Shown here: positions 49,532 through 57,673 of the stretch, one piece after another
Numbering within the stretch: the stretch's first letter is position 1
Layout of the letters: every line of letters begins with the position of its first letter
DNA from: an uncultured delta proteobacterium
GTDB lineage: Bacteria > Myxococcota_A > Polyangia > Fen-1088
Assembly (NCBI GenBank): GCA_963767925.1
Contig: CAVYGB010000010.1
Coordinates: 58,606 to 122,605 of the forward strand
Length of the DNA stretch: 64,000 nt
Direction of reading: 5' to 3'
Made by a program: the position numbers and the translations under genes
Notes under the pieces: generated by a model
Database searches by the model: none
The model's input: the letters and a program-made list of their open reading frames with translations, nothing else
Told to the model about the DNA's origin: nothing

Positions 49532-50652
49532 GCCCCGCTCCCGCCACCGCCCCCCAGCGCCGCCCGGGCGGCGGCGGCGGCGATCTCGGGACCGTAGCGG
49601 GCCCGGTAGTCGGCCACGATGGGCGGCAACATCTTCGCCAGCGGGGTGTGGGGGGTCCAGCCGAGCAGCCGTTGCGCCTTGTCGATGTCGGGGATCCGCT
49701 CGTCGCAGTCGTCGTAGCCGGCCCCGTAGAACTCCTCCGCCGTCACCTCCCGGGTGTGCACGCGCGCCTCCGGGACCTGCTGCTGATAGGCCCGCCCGAT
49801 CTGGTCGGCCAGCTCGGCGATGCTGAGGTCGTTGGCCGGATTGCCGAGGTTGAAGATCTCGCCCCGGCAGGCGGCCGGCCGCTCGAGGATGCCGACCACC
49901 GCCTCGACGAAGTCCTCGATGGCCACGAAGGAACGGCGCTGCCGTCCCCCCTCCACGAGGGCCAGGTCTTCCCCCCGCAGCAGGGCCGACATGAACGCCG
50001 CCAGCACCCGGGGGATCCCCTCGCCGTCGATGTCGGGGACGAAGTCCATGCGCGGCCCGATCACGTTGAAGGGGCGGACGATGGTGAAGGGGAGGCCGTG
50101 GTGACGCCCGCTGGCGAAGATCACCCGCTCGAGGAGCTGCTTGGCGCAGGCGTAGGTCCAGCGCTCCCGGTGCACGGGGCCCAGCCAGAGGGCGCTGTCC
50201 TCCTCGTTCATGCGGGCCATCGGCCGCCCCTCGCCGTCGAGGGCCGCCCGCCCGTAGACCTCGCAGGTGGAGAAGTGGACGAGCCAGCGCTCCCGTTCGG
50301 TGCACAGGCGCACGAGCGGCACGAGGTCGGTGTAGCTGGCGTCGATCACCTCGAGCGGGCGCGTGTTGTAGAGCGAGGGGTTGCACAGGGCGGTCAGCGA
50401 CACGACGGCGTCACAGCCCTCGACGACCTCCTCGATCAAGCCCGGCTTGTCGAGGCGGGCCTGGATGCGCCGGACCCGCCCGTCGGTGGGGGCCAGCTTG
50501 GTGAAGGAGACGTCGACCGCCCAGACCTCGCGGTCGGGCCGGGCCAGCAGCGCCGGCACCAGGTGAGACCCGATGAACCCACCCGCCCCCAGCACCGCGA
50601 CCCGGGTGGGGCGAGCGGGCGGCCGCCCCGAAAACGTTCGCGGAGTGCTCAT
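49528..50652 (-). CDS. NAD-dependent epimerase/dehydratase of the ArnA-C-terminal / UDP-glucuronate decarboxylase type
   Basis: VAVLGAGGFIGSHL (GxxGxxG); a YACAK-like catalytic YxxxK (YACAKQ); strong resemblance to ArnA C-terminal domains. Confidence 0.7.
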   Translation of the reverse strand: MSTPRTFSGRPPARPTRVAVLGAGGFIGSHLVPALLARPDREVWAVDVSFTKLAPTDGRVRRIQARLDKPGLIEEVVEGCDAVVSLTALCNPSLYNTRPLEVIDASYTDLVPLVRLCTERERWLVHFSTCEVYGRAALDGEGRPMARMNEEDSALWLGPVHRERWTYACAKQLLERVIFASGRHHGLPFTIVRPFNVIGPRMDFVPDIDGEGIPRVLAAFMSALLRGEDLALVEGGRQRRSFVAIEDFVEAVVGILERPAACRGEIFNLGNPANDLSIAELADQIGRAYQQQVPEARVHTREVTAEEFYGAGYDDCDERIPDIDKAQRLLGWTPHTPLAKMLPPIVADYRARYGPEIAAAAARAALGGGGGSGA

Positions 50653-50686
50653 CGGGCTGCCACCGGGGTGCTGCTTTCGGCGACGA

Positions 50687-51739
50687 TCAGGGCGCGCTGG
50701 CCGCGGCCCGCGCGCCACCGCCCGGCACGAAGATGTCGGGCCAGCGGTCGTTGCCAGAGTGAAAGGTCAGGCGGGCGGCCTGATCGGCCGGGCTGCCCAC
50801 CTGCCACAGGTAGATCTCGTAGTCGGCGATGTCGTGATCGTGCCCGCGCTGGGTGGCAGCCCAGACCAGGAATCCGCCGTCGTCCGACAGCTCCGGGAAA
50901 TATTCGTGCGATCGGCGCCCGGGCAGGTCGATGAAGGTCTTCTGGTCGTCGGGCACCTCGCCGGCGAGCCGGGAACCCTTGGTCTCGGCGCGGAAGACGC
51001 GGCTGCCGCCGTTGCCGGTGGGGTGGACCCAGTAGACCGAGCGGCCGTCGGGGGTCCAGTTGATCTGGCAGCCGTCGCCGGTGCGGGTCCAGGTGCCGCC
51101 GGCCACGTCCCAGATGCCGGTCTCGCGCTTGGAGCCGCGCAGGGTGATGGCGATGAACTTGCCGTCGCGGGACATCTGCGGCTGCTGCAGCAAGGCCCCC
51201 TCGAGATCGGACACCTTCTCGCTGTCGACGAGGACGGTCTCCTCGCTGCCGCCCAGCTTCTTGCGGTAGACGCGGGTGCTGCGCACGAAGAGGATCTCTT
51301 CGCCCGAGACCCAGGTCCCCCAGCTCGCGTTCTCCACCGCCGGCTGCGCCTCGCCACCTTCGGCCGGCATGAGGTACAGGTCCCACTTGCCGTCGGCGTT
51401 GGCGTCGCGCTCGCTGACCCAGCCCTTCTTGCTGCGCACGAAGAGGATCTGCTTTCCGTCGGGTGAATAGCGAGGGAACCAGTCGACCGGATCGCCCTTC
51501 GTGAGCTGCTCGAGGTTGCCCCCGTCGGTGTCCATGGCGAACAGGTCGTGGTTGCCCAGCCGCGAGCTGGACCAGACGATGCGGCCCTTCACCTTGGCGC
51601 CCACCGCCTTGATCTTGGCCGCCTCGGCCGCGTCGATCTGGGCGCCGCTGCCGGTGGGGGCGGCCCCTCCGACCGCGGCACAGCCGGCCAGCAGCGCCAG
51701 CAAGGTCCAGGGGAGAAAGAAATTCATCTTGGCTTTCAT
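50687..51739 (-). CDS. TolB-like PD40 beta-propeller lipoprotein
   Basis: Lipobox LLAGCAAV; multiple PD40-like repeats (SPDGK.I.FV, SRDGKFIA, TPDGRSVYW, ...). Confidence 0.65.
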   Translation of the reverse strand: MKAKMNFFLPWTLLALLAGCAAVGGAAPTGSGAQIDAAEAAKIKAVGAKVKGRIVWSSSRLGNHDLFAMDTDGGNLEQLTKGDPVDWFPRYSPDGKQILFVRSKKGWVSERDANADGKWDLYLMPAEGGEAQPAVENASWGTWVSGEEILFVRSTRVYRKKLGGSEETVLVDSEKVSDLEGALLQQPQMSRDGKFIAITLRGSKRETGIWDVAGGTWTRTGDGCQINWTPDGRSVYWVHPTGNGGSRVFRAETKGSRLAGEVPDDQKTFIDLPGRRSHEYFPELSDDGGFLVWAATQRGHDHDIADYEIYLWQVGSPADQAARLTFHSGNDRWPDIFVPGGGARAAASAP

Positions 51740-52689
51740 GACACCAGCTCCTGCCGCTCCGGGCGGCTCGCGAGGGTTGTTGCGGGGAGAGGGAAGCAGC
51801 GAGCCAGACCCTCCCGGACGCCCAGGGGAAGATAGCCGAGATCGCGGCTGGCCTCATCCGGGGGTAGATCGGCGTCGTGGACCATGCCGGCGATCGCCTG
51901 CAGGGTCAGCGGGGGATCGCGCATCAGCAGGCCGAGGCCCAGCGCGGCCGCCTGGCACAGGCGCACCGGCAGGTGCACGAAGGCCTTGCGCTGGCCGCGG
52001 CGGGCGAGCAGCAGCTCGGCCAGCTCGCGGATGGTCACCGCCTCGCCGCCGCTGAAGTTGTAGGTCTTGCCCCGGCTGCGGGGGTTGCCGGCGATGCGGG
52101 CCAGTCCGTCCACGATGTCCTGAGCCCAGACCGGGCGCTTGCGGGCAAGGCCGTCGCCGATGAACGGCACCACCGGAAAGCGCTCGAGATAGCGCCAGAA
52201 CAGCAGCAGCTCCTGGCCCCCGCCCTCGTCGTAGACCAGGGTCGGCCGCACGATGGTGTGGGCCATCCCGCCCTGGCCCTTGACCAGCGCCTCGCCCGCC
52301 AGCTTCGACTGCCCGTAGCGGGTCAGGCTGGGGTAGGTCACCGAGGCCGAGGAGACGTAGACGAAGTGGTCCACCCCGGCGCGCGCCGCCTCCGCCACCA
52401 TGCGCGCGGTCCCCAGCCGGTTGATGCGGTCGAAGGCGCCGGGATCGGGCGAGAGGATGATGGCGGCGAGGTGGAACACGGTGGACACGCCGTCGAGCAG
52501 CCCGACCAGCGACGCGGGATCGGCCAGGTCCCCCTCGCGAATGTCGCAGGGCAGCCCCTGGAGGCGCGCCCGAAAGGGATCGCCCGGCTGCACGAGCGCC
52601 CGCACCGTCCAGCCCGTCTCCACCAGCGTTCGTACCAGCCGCGACCCCAGGACACCGCTGGCGCCCGACACGAAGACGACGCGTTTCAC
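51736..52689 (-). CDS. NAD(P)-binding epimerase/dehydratase-family protein (NmrA/complex-I-39kDa-like). The ORF extends to a TTG at 52728.
   Basis: KRVVFVSGASGVLGSRLV Rossmann motif; the stop overlaps the downstream TolB-like ATG (ATGA). Confidence 0.65.
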   Translation of the reverse strand: MKRVVFVSGASGVLGSRLVRTLVETGWTVRALVQPGDPFRARLQGLPCDIREGDLADPASLVGLLDGVSTVFHLAAIILSPDPGAFDRINRLGTARMVAEAARAGVDHFVYVSSASVTYPSLTRYGQSKLAGEALVKGQGGMAHTIVRPTLVYDEGGGQELLLFWRYLERFPVVPFIGDGLARKRPVWAQDIVDGLARIAGNPRSRGKTYNFSGGEAVTIRELAELLLARRGQRKAFVHLPVRLCQAAALGLGLLMRDPPLTLQAIAGMVHDADLPPDEASRDLGYLPLGVREGLARCFPLPATTLASRPERQELVS

Positions 52690-52879
52690 TGAGGCGGGGA
52701 CGCTAGCAAAAGCGATCCGGGCCAGCAAGCTGCGACGCGGAGCGGGCCCCGCCAGCGCGGCGCCCTCCGCCGCGCGTCAGTCCTTTACCTATCTTTTTCA
52801 GTGCGCCGCTTGGCCTGGAACGATTGCGTAGGTAGCCTGGGGCCTCTCGCGCCAGGCCCCGGCGGCGAGCCGTAACATC

Positions 52880-53977
52880 ATGCGTACGCGCTTCGCGTTT
52901 CCCAAAGTCGGTGGCCATCTGGCCGGGCTCGGCCTGCTGGCCGCGCTCGGCGTGGCCGCCGGAGGAGTCCTGGCGCTCGATCGCGGTGCCGAGGCGCACC
53001 GCCTGGGTGCAAGGGTCGATCGTCTCGCCCGCCTGACGGCCGCAGGCCTCCCCGCCGCTACCTGCCTTCCTGGCTCGCTGGCGGGGGCGATGCCGGCCAG
53101 CCCGGGCGCGCCGCTGCTGGCCGCCTGGCAGAGCGTCGCCGGCTGCGGGGCCAGCTCGGCGACGGGCGGCGGCGGTGGCGTCAAGTGGATCGGCCGCAGC
53201 GTGACCGGCGGGCTGTTCGGCGTGCAGTGCCAGGCGAGCTACAGCCCGCTGCTCGCGGTGCGCGACAAGATCGAGCACCACTTCGTGGTCAACACCCTCA
53301 TCACGACCGAGATCACCGACCGGGTGAGCCTGGGGATCAACATCCCCCTCGTCTACAAGTACCTGCGCGACCCGTATCAGCTCGACATCGATCTCTCGAA
53401 CAGCGGCCTCGGCGACACCTCTATCCAGGTGACCCGCCAGCTCGGCCCCATCGGCGCCACCGCCCTCACTGCCACCGTCGGCGTCCCGACGGGCAAGTGG
53501 GACACCACCTACCGCAACTCGCCCATGCCGCAGCATCAGCAACTCGGCTTCGGCAAGGCGACCGGGTCGCTCACCCTGGATCACACGATGGATCAAACCT
53601 GGGGGCTGGTCGTGCTGGGCGGCCTCGGCTCCTGGCGGGGCGGGCAGAACCACTGGGAGAGCTACCGGGCCCCCAGCGCCACCGCCTACACCTACGCCGG
53701 GCTGTACCTGGGGTCCTTCGTGCCCTCGGTGGGGTTCACCACCACGGGCTTTCTCGGGCACGACCGCGACCGTTCCCAGCCCGAAAACAGCGGCATCCTG
53801 GTGATGTCGGCCAACGCCTCGCTGGAGTGGTCGACCGACTGGATCGCGGTGCTGGCCGGGGTGTCGCTGCCCTATCAGTACGACGCGATCCTGCGCGACA
53901 GCGAGGGGTTCCCCAGGAACCCCTGGCGCTGGGGGCAGTGGGTGCTCGGCCTCGGCGTGACGGTTTCTCCGTTCTGA
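52880..53977 (+). CDS. Outer-membrane beta-barrel protein, hypothetical
   Basis: Signal peptide; alternating beta-strand pattern rich in Y/W/T/G; C-terminal ...GVTVSPF ends in Phe. Confidence 0.5.
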   Translation: MRTRFAFPKVGGHLAGLGLLAALGVAAGGVLALDRGAEAHRLGARVDRLARLTAAGLPAATCLPGSLAGAMPASPGAPLLAAWQSVAGCGASSATGGGGGVKWIGRSVTGGLFGVQCQASYSPLLAVRDKIEHHFVVNTLITTEITDRVSLGINIPLVYKYLRDPYQLDIDLSNSGLGDTSIQVTRQLGPIGATALTATVGVPTGKWDTTYRNSPMPQHQQLGFGKATGSLTLDHTMDQTWGLVVLGGLGSWRGGQNHWESYRAPSATAYTYAGLYLGSFVPSVGFTTTGFLGHDRDRSQPENSGILVMSANASLEWSTDWIAVLAGVSLPYQYDAILRDSEGFPRNPWRWGQWVLGLGVTVSPF

Positions 53978-54039
53978 GACCATTGCGTCTGACGAATGTG
54001 GCCCCCCCGGCGCTCCAACAGCAAGCAGTGGAGAACACA

Positions 54040-55128
54040 ATGACTCGGGCTCGACGAACCTTCTGGCTTCCGGTCGCCTTCAGCTTGCTGGCTGGCGCCC
54101 TCTCCTGCGGCTTGCAGGAGCACCCCCAGGACACGCCCGACCCGGACCCTGGTGATCCCGGGTTCGGCCCCCTCGATCCGGGGCCACCGGCGCCCACGCC
54201 AGCACCCGCTGCGCCGCCGACGTCGTCGATCGACCCCCCACCCGCGCCGCCGGCAGCACCGCCCTCCGCCCCCCCGGCACCCGGCGCCGGCCCCGCACCG
54301 TCCCCGGCGCCCGTCCCACCGGTGGTGAGCCCCCAGCCGACCGGGCCCGGCGTCACCATCAACGGGACCTTCGTGCCCAAGGACAAGGCCCTCGTCGTCA
54401 TCCACTGGGGCCACTCGAACATGTACGGGCAGGCCGACTCGCCCTCGTCGCTGCGCCCCTTCTTCTACGACACCCAGCCGGGGCTCTGGTCGTACCAGGG
54501 CAACAACCGCTTCCGGCTGGCCCGGGAGAAGACGGCGCCCGCGCCGGCCGGGGACAACAACGACAGCGCCGGTCCGGGCATGGCCATCTTGCGCACCCTG
54601 GCCGCCGCCGCGCCGGCCAACGGCGGGTACCACGTCATCTCCATCGGTCGCGGGCGGGGCAGCGCCACAACCGAAGATTTCCTCAAGGGGGGGCTGTATT
54701 ACTCGACCTTCATGAACCTGGCGGTGCAGCTCAAGGGGCGGGTGACCTTCGCCGGCATGTTCATCATGATGGGCATCACCGATCGCCACATGCCCACCCG
54801 CGACCAGGGCGGCTTCGCCGACCGGATGACCCAGATCGTCGCCGACATCCGGACCGACCTCGGCGAGCCCAACCTCCCCGTCCTGCACACCGACTACGAG
54901 GTAACGTCGACCGGGGAGCTCAGCGTCAACACCGAGTTCGCCCGGCGCATCCGGCCGCTCATGTTGTCCCTGCCCCAGCGGGTCGCCAACCTGGCGATCA
55001 TCCCCTGCGACGACATCCCCCTCGAGGACGACCACCACTTCACCCTCGCCGGGCACAAGCTGTGGGCCGAGCGGGGGGTAGAGATCCTGCGCACCCGCGG
55101 CTGGCTGCCCTGGTCGGCCAACCGCTGA
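54040..55128 (+). CDS. Lipoprotein with Pro-rich linker and SASA/SGNH-type carbohydrate esterase domain (sialate-O-acetylesterase-like, DUF303-like)
   Basis: Lipobox LAGALSCG; a 60-aa P/A-rich linker; IHWGHSNMYGQAD (GQSNMxG-like catalytic Ser block); HFT near the C-terminus (DxxH-like). Confidence 0.6.
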   Translation: MTRARRTFWLPVAFSLLAGALSCGLQEHPQDTPDPDPGDPGFGPLDPGPPAPTPAPAAPPTSSIDPPPAPPAAPPSAPPAPGAGPAPSPAPVPPVVSPQPTGPGVTINGTFVPKDKALVVIHWGHSNMYGQADSPSSLRPFFYDTQPGLWSYQGNNRFRLAREKTAPAPAGDNNDSAGPGMAILRTLAAAAPANGGYHVISIGRGRGSATTEDFLKGGLYYSTFMNLAVQLKGRVTFAGMFIMMGITDRHMPTRDQGGFADRMTQIVADIRTDLGEPNLPVLHTDYEVTSTGELSVNTEFARRIRPLMLSLPQRVANLAIIPCDDIPLEDDHHFTLAGHKLWAERGVEILRTRGWLPWSANR

Positions 55129-55149
55129 TCGCCGCTCGTCAGCGCGGCG

Positions 55150-56538
55150 TCACAGCCGCTGCTCGACGTTGAGGTTGAACAGCGTGATCCACTGGGTGTA
55201 GCGCCCACCGCCGTCGGCGCGGCGGGTGGGAGGGGCGGCGTCGCTGAGCTGGCTCTTGCCCCGGTTGTCCCGGGGGAGAAAGTGGAGGTAGCTCAGCGAG
55301 GTCGAGAGCAGCAGGCGGTCGGTCACGGCGAAGCGAACGCCGAGCGCGCCGCTGGCGCTGGGGGCATCGGCCAGCGAGGGGTCGAGGGTCTCGTCGGGGG
55401 TGGCGGCCGTCTCGGCGCCGCCGCCCAGGAACAGCTCGATCCGGGGGCGGGCCCACCAGCTCGCGCCCGCCCGGGCCCCGTAGGTGTCGTTCCAGCGCCG
55501 CCGCAGGTTTTGCAGCACGCCGCTGCCGGCGCTGGCGTCGGCGCCGCTGGCGTCGACCAGGCAGGCCTGGCCGGTCAGGCCCGCGCACTGGGTCTGCATC
55601 ACGCTCCAGCGGGTCAGGTCGCCCGACAGCCGCAGCTCCAGCCGGGGGTGAGGGCGGGCGCGCAGGCCCAGCCGGACCACGTCGGGGAGGGCCTGCACCA
55701 GCGTGACCGGGAAGGGGGTCTCCCCGCCCTGGTATTCGGTGGTCAAGGTGCCAGTGAGCCGCATGGGGCCGAGCCCGGGCTGCGCCTGGTAAGACCCGGC
55801 CAGCCAGAGCCGATCCTGCACCGCCTCGAACATGGCGCCGGCCCCGAAGCTACCGTGCAGGCCCGCCACCTCGAGGGTGGCCCGCCCCTCGCGGGTGGTG
55901 TCGGGCGTCCCGTCACCGGTGAGCGTCTTGGCCTGGCGGGTGCGCATCGACGAGCGGATGAGGTTGCCGCTCGCCCCCAGCGACAGCCGCCCCAGCCGGT
56001 AGGCCAGCGCGACGGTGCCGTAGACGAAGGTGAGGCTGCCCTCGATGCCGTGCCAGCGCTGGACGCCGTCGGCGGCGAGGGGAAAGCTGGGGTGATCGCG
56101 AAAGCGGTCGTTGCCGCTCCAGCGCGCCCGTCCCCCGAAGGGCACGCTGAGGGAGGCCCCGAGCGCCAGATCGCCCAGCGAGGTGGCCACCCCCAGCATC
56201 GGTCCGCCGAACAGGTTGAGCAGGCTGGCCCGCCCGTAGTTGGCCCCCTCCGTCCCGGCCGGCTCGGCCTCTCCGCCGGCCCCCGGCTCGTGGGTCCAGG
56301 TCGCCCGCCGCAGGGCGAGGGTCCCGTCGCCGTACAGCCGCGTGCCGCTCGCGAAGGCGATGCCGGCGGGGTTGTAGTAGAGGGCGGTGGGGTTCGTCGC
56401 GGTCACGTTGCCGTGTTCGCCGCCGAAGCGGGCCGCCGCGAACCCCGCTGCCTGGACCTGGCCCCCGCCCCCGGCCATCTCCGCCGCCAGAAAGATCAGC
56501 GAGAGGGGCCGGAAAATGGACCGGAAGACCGTCGGCAA
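55150..56538 (-). CDS. FadL/OmpP1/TodX-family outer-membrane hydrophobic-compound transporter. Start uncertain: TTG at 56538, or further upstream to 56652.
   Basis: AGFAAARFGGEHGNVTATNPTALYYNPAGIAF N-terminal FadL signature; about 460-aa beta-barrel with Gly/aromatic strands. A 12-bp tandem repeat lies immediately upstream, or inside an N-terminal extension. Confidence 0.65.
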   Translation of the reverse strand: MPTVFRSIFRPLSLIFLAAEMAGGGGQVQAAGFAAARFGGEHGNVTATNPTALYYNPAGIAFASGTRLYGDGTLALRRATWTHEPGAGGEAEPAGTEGANYGRASLLNLFGGPMLGVATSLGDLALGASLSVPFGGRARWSGNDRFRDHPSFPLAADGVQRWHGIEGSLTFVYGTVALAYRLGRLSLGASGNLIRSSMRTRQAKTLTGDGTPDTTREGRATLEVAGLHGSFGAGAMFEAVQDRLWLAGSYQAQPGLGPMRLTGTLTTEYQGGETPFPVTLVQALPDVVRLGLRARPHPRLELRLSGDLTRWSVMQTQCAGLTGQACLVDASGADASAGSGVLQNLRRRWNDTYGARAGASWWARPRIELFLGGGAETAATPDETLDPSLADAPSASGALGVRFAVTDRLLLSTSLSYLHFLPRDNRGKSQLSDAAPPTRRADGGGRYTQWITLFNLNVEQRL

Positions 56539-56550
56539 GACAGCCCGGAA

Positions 56551-56608
56551 GTTGGTCCAGACGTTGGTCCAGACGTTGGTCCAGACGTTGGTCCAGACGT
56601 TGGTCCAG
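56551..56608. repeat. Perfect 12-bp tandem repeat (gttggtccagac) x about 4.8, directly upstream of (or in a 5' extension of) the fadL-like gene
   Basis: Read directly: gttggtccagac repeated at 56551, 56563, 56575 and 56587, plus a partial copy at 56599-56608. Confidence 0.9.
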
Positions 56609-56809
56609 CCGACGGTTCGGGTCAGGCCGGGCTCTAATTGACTTCTGGTCAATAGCGACGACTATACTCTCTTCCGCGCGCCTGCCAAGCCACCGGCGCG
56701 GGTCCGGGGGGGCCTGCCAGGACGCAGCGCGGAGGCCACCGCCCCCCCGACAGCGCGGAAATCCGCCCGCGAAGCGGGTAATCTCAGGAGCAGGCAAAGG
56801 AGGGTCGCC

Positions 56810-57118
56810 ATGGCGTTGATGAGCACGCGGGGCTGGGACGACTGGATCGCCGAATACGGCAAGAGCCACCTGCACCCGGCCAACCGGCTCTGCCACACCG
56901 TCGGGATCCCGCTGATCGCGCTGTCGCTGATCGTGCTGCTGGCCGCCCTGCTCTTCCCGCCGCTGTGGATGGTGGCGCTGGCGCTGTTCGTGGTGGGCTG
57001 GCTCTTCCAGTTCGTCGGCCACGCCTACGAGGGCAAGCCACCCGAGTTCCTCAAGGACTGGCGCTTCCTCTTTGTCGGCCTGCGATGGTGGTGGAAGAAG
57101 ATCAGAGGGCTGGCCTGA
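56810..57118 (+). CDS. DUF962 (Mpo1/YGL010w-like) small membrane protein
   Basis: 102-aa protein with the conserved HP.NR..H..GIP...SL and two TM helices characteristic of DUF962. Confidence 0.55.
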   Translation: MALMSTRGWDDWIAEYGKSHLHPANRLCHTVGIPLIALSLIVLLAALLFPPLWMVALALFVVGWLFQFVGHAYEGKPPEFLKDWRFLFVGLRWWWKKIRGLA

Positions 57119-57650
57119 TCCGCCGCTCCTTGTCGATCCCGACGGGCCTGCATCACCGACCTCGCCGCGGTCGCCACCCGGGCGGTGACCACCGTCGAGG
57201 GGCTGGCCCGGGGCAAGACCTTGCACCCGCTGCTGACCGCCTTCATCGAGAGCGGGGTCATGCAATGTGGCTACTGCACCCCCGGCATGCTCGTGTCGGC
57301 GCTGGGGCTGCTGCAGCGCGACCCCGATCCCGGCGAGCCCGAGACCCGCGGCGCCCTGCAGGGAAACATCTGCCGCTGCGGCACCTACCCGCGCAACGTC
57401 CAGGCCGTGAAGAGCGCGGTCACGGCCCTGCGCAAGTCCACGGGCAAGCCGATCGGGAAGTACCGCGTCCCCCGCATGAACGACGCGCCGAAGCTGGAGA
57501 CGGTCTGGTCGACGGCCGCGACCTCCCCTCGGCGGGCGCGGGCGAGACCCCCATCGTGGCCATCGCCCCCGCCATCGCCAACGCCCTCCTCGCCGCCACC
57601 GGCCGCCGCTCCCGGTCCCTCCCGCTTCGCGGAACCCCCACCCAGGGGTG
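57119..57650 (+). pseudogene. Remnant of an isoquinoline-oxidoreductase / aldehyde-oxidase-type operon: a 5'-truncated [2Fe-2S] small subunit (IorA/CoxS-like) fused in frame after the DUF962 stop, followed by an out-of-frame C-terminal about 37 aa of a molybdopterin large subunit (IorB/CoxL-like)
   Basis: ...ACITDLAAVATRAVTTVEGLA..LHPL..AF....QCGYCTPGM....L.......NICRCGTY is the second half of Fer2_2 small subunits, lacking the N-terminal ferredoxin domain. A different frame encodes ...TPIVAIAPAIANALLAATGRRSRSLPL, the extreme C-terminus of XDH-family Mo subunits. Confidence 0.55.
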
Positions 57651-57673
57651 AGGGCCCGGCCCGGCAGGGACTG

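Noticed and set aside
46829-49597. 922-aa plus-strand ORF across the AlgX-like/GT2 region, and 460-aa minus-strand alternative frame
   Set aside because: Low-complexity antisense or alternative frames; real genes identified by DxHWT, GT2 and Rossmann motifs.
48779-50386. Full 535-aa ORF treated as a single protein
   Set aside because: Only the C-terminal about 250 aa (GT2 domain, GTG start at 49531) is real. The upstream part is out-of-frame overlap with the ArnA-like gene and is Arg/Gly-rich.
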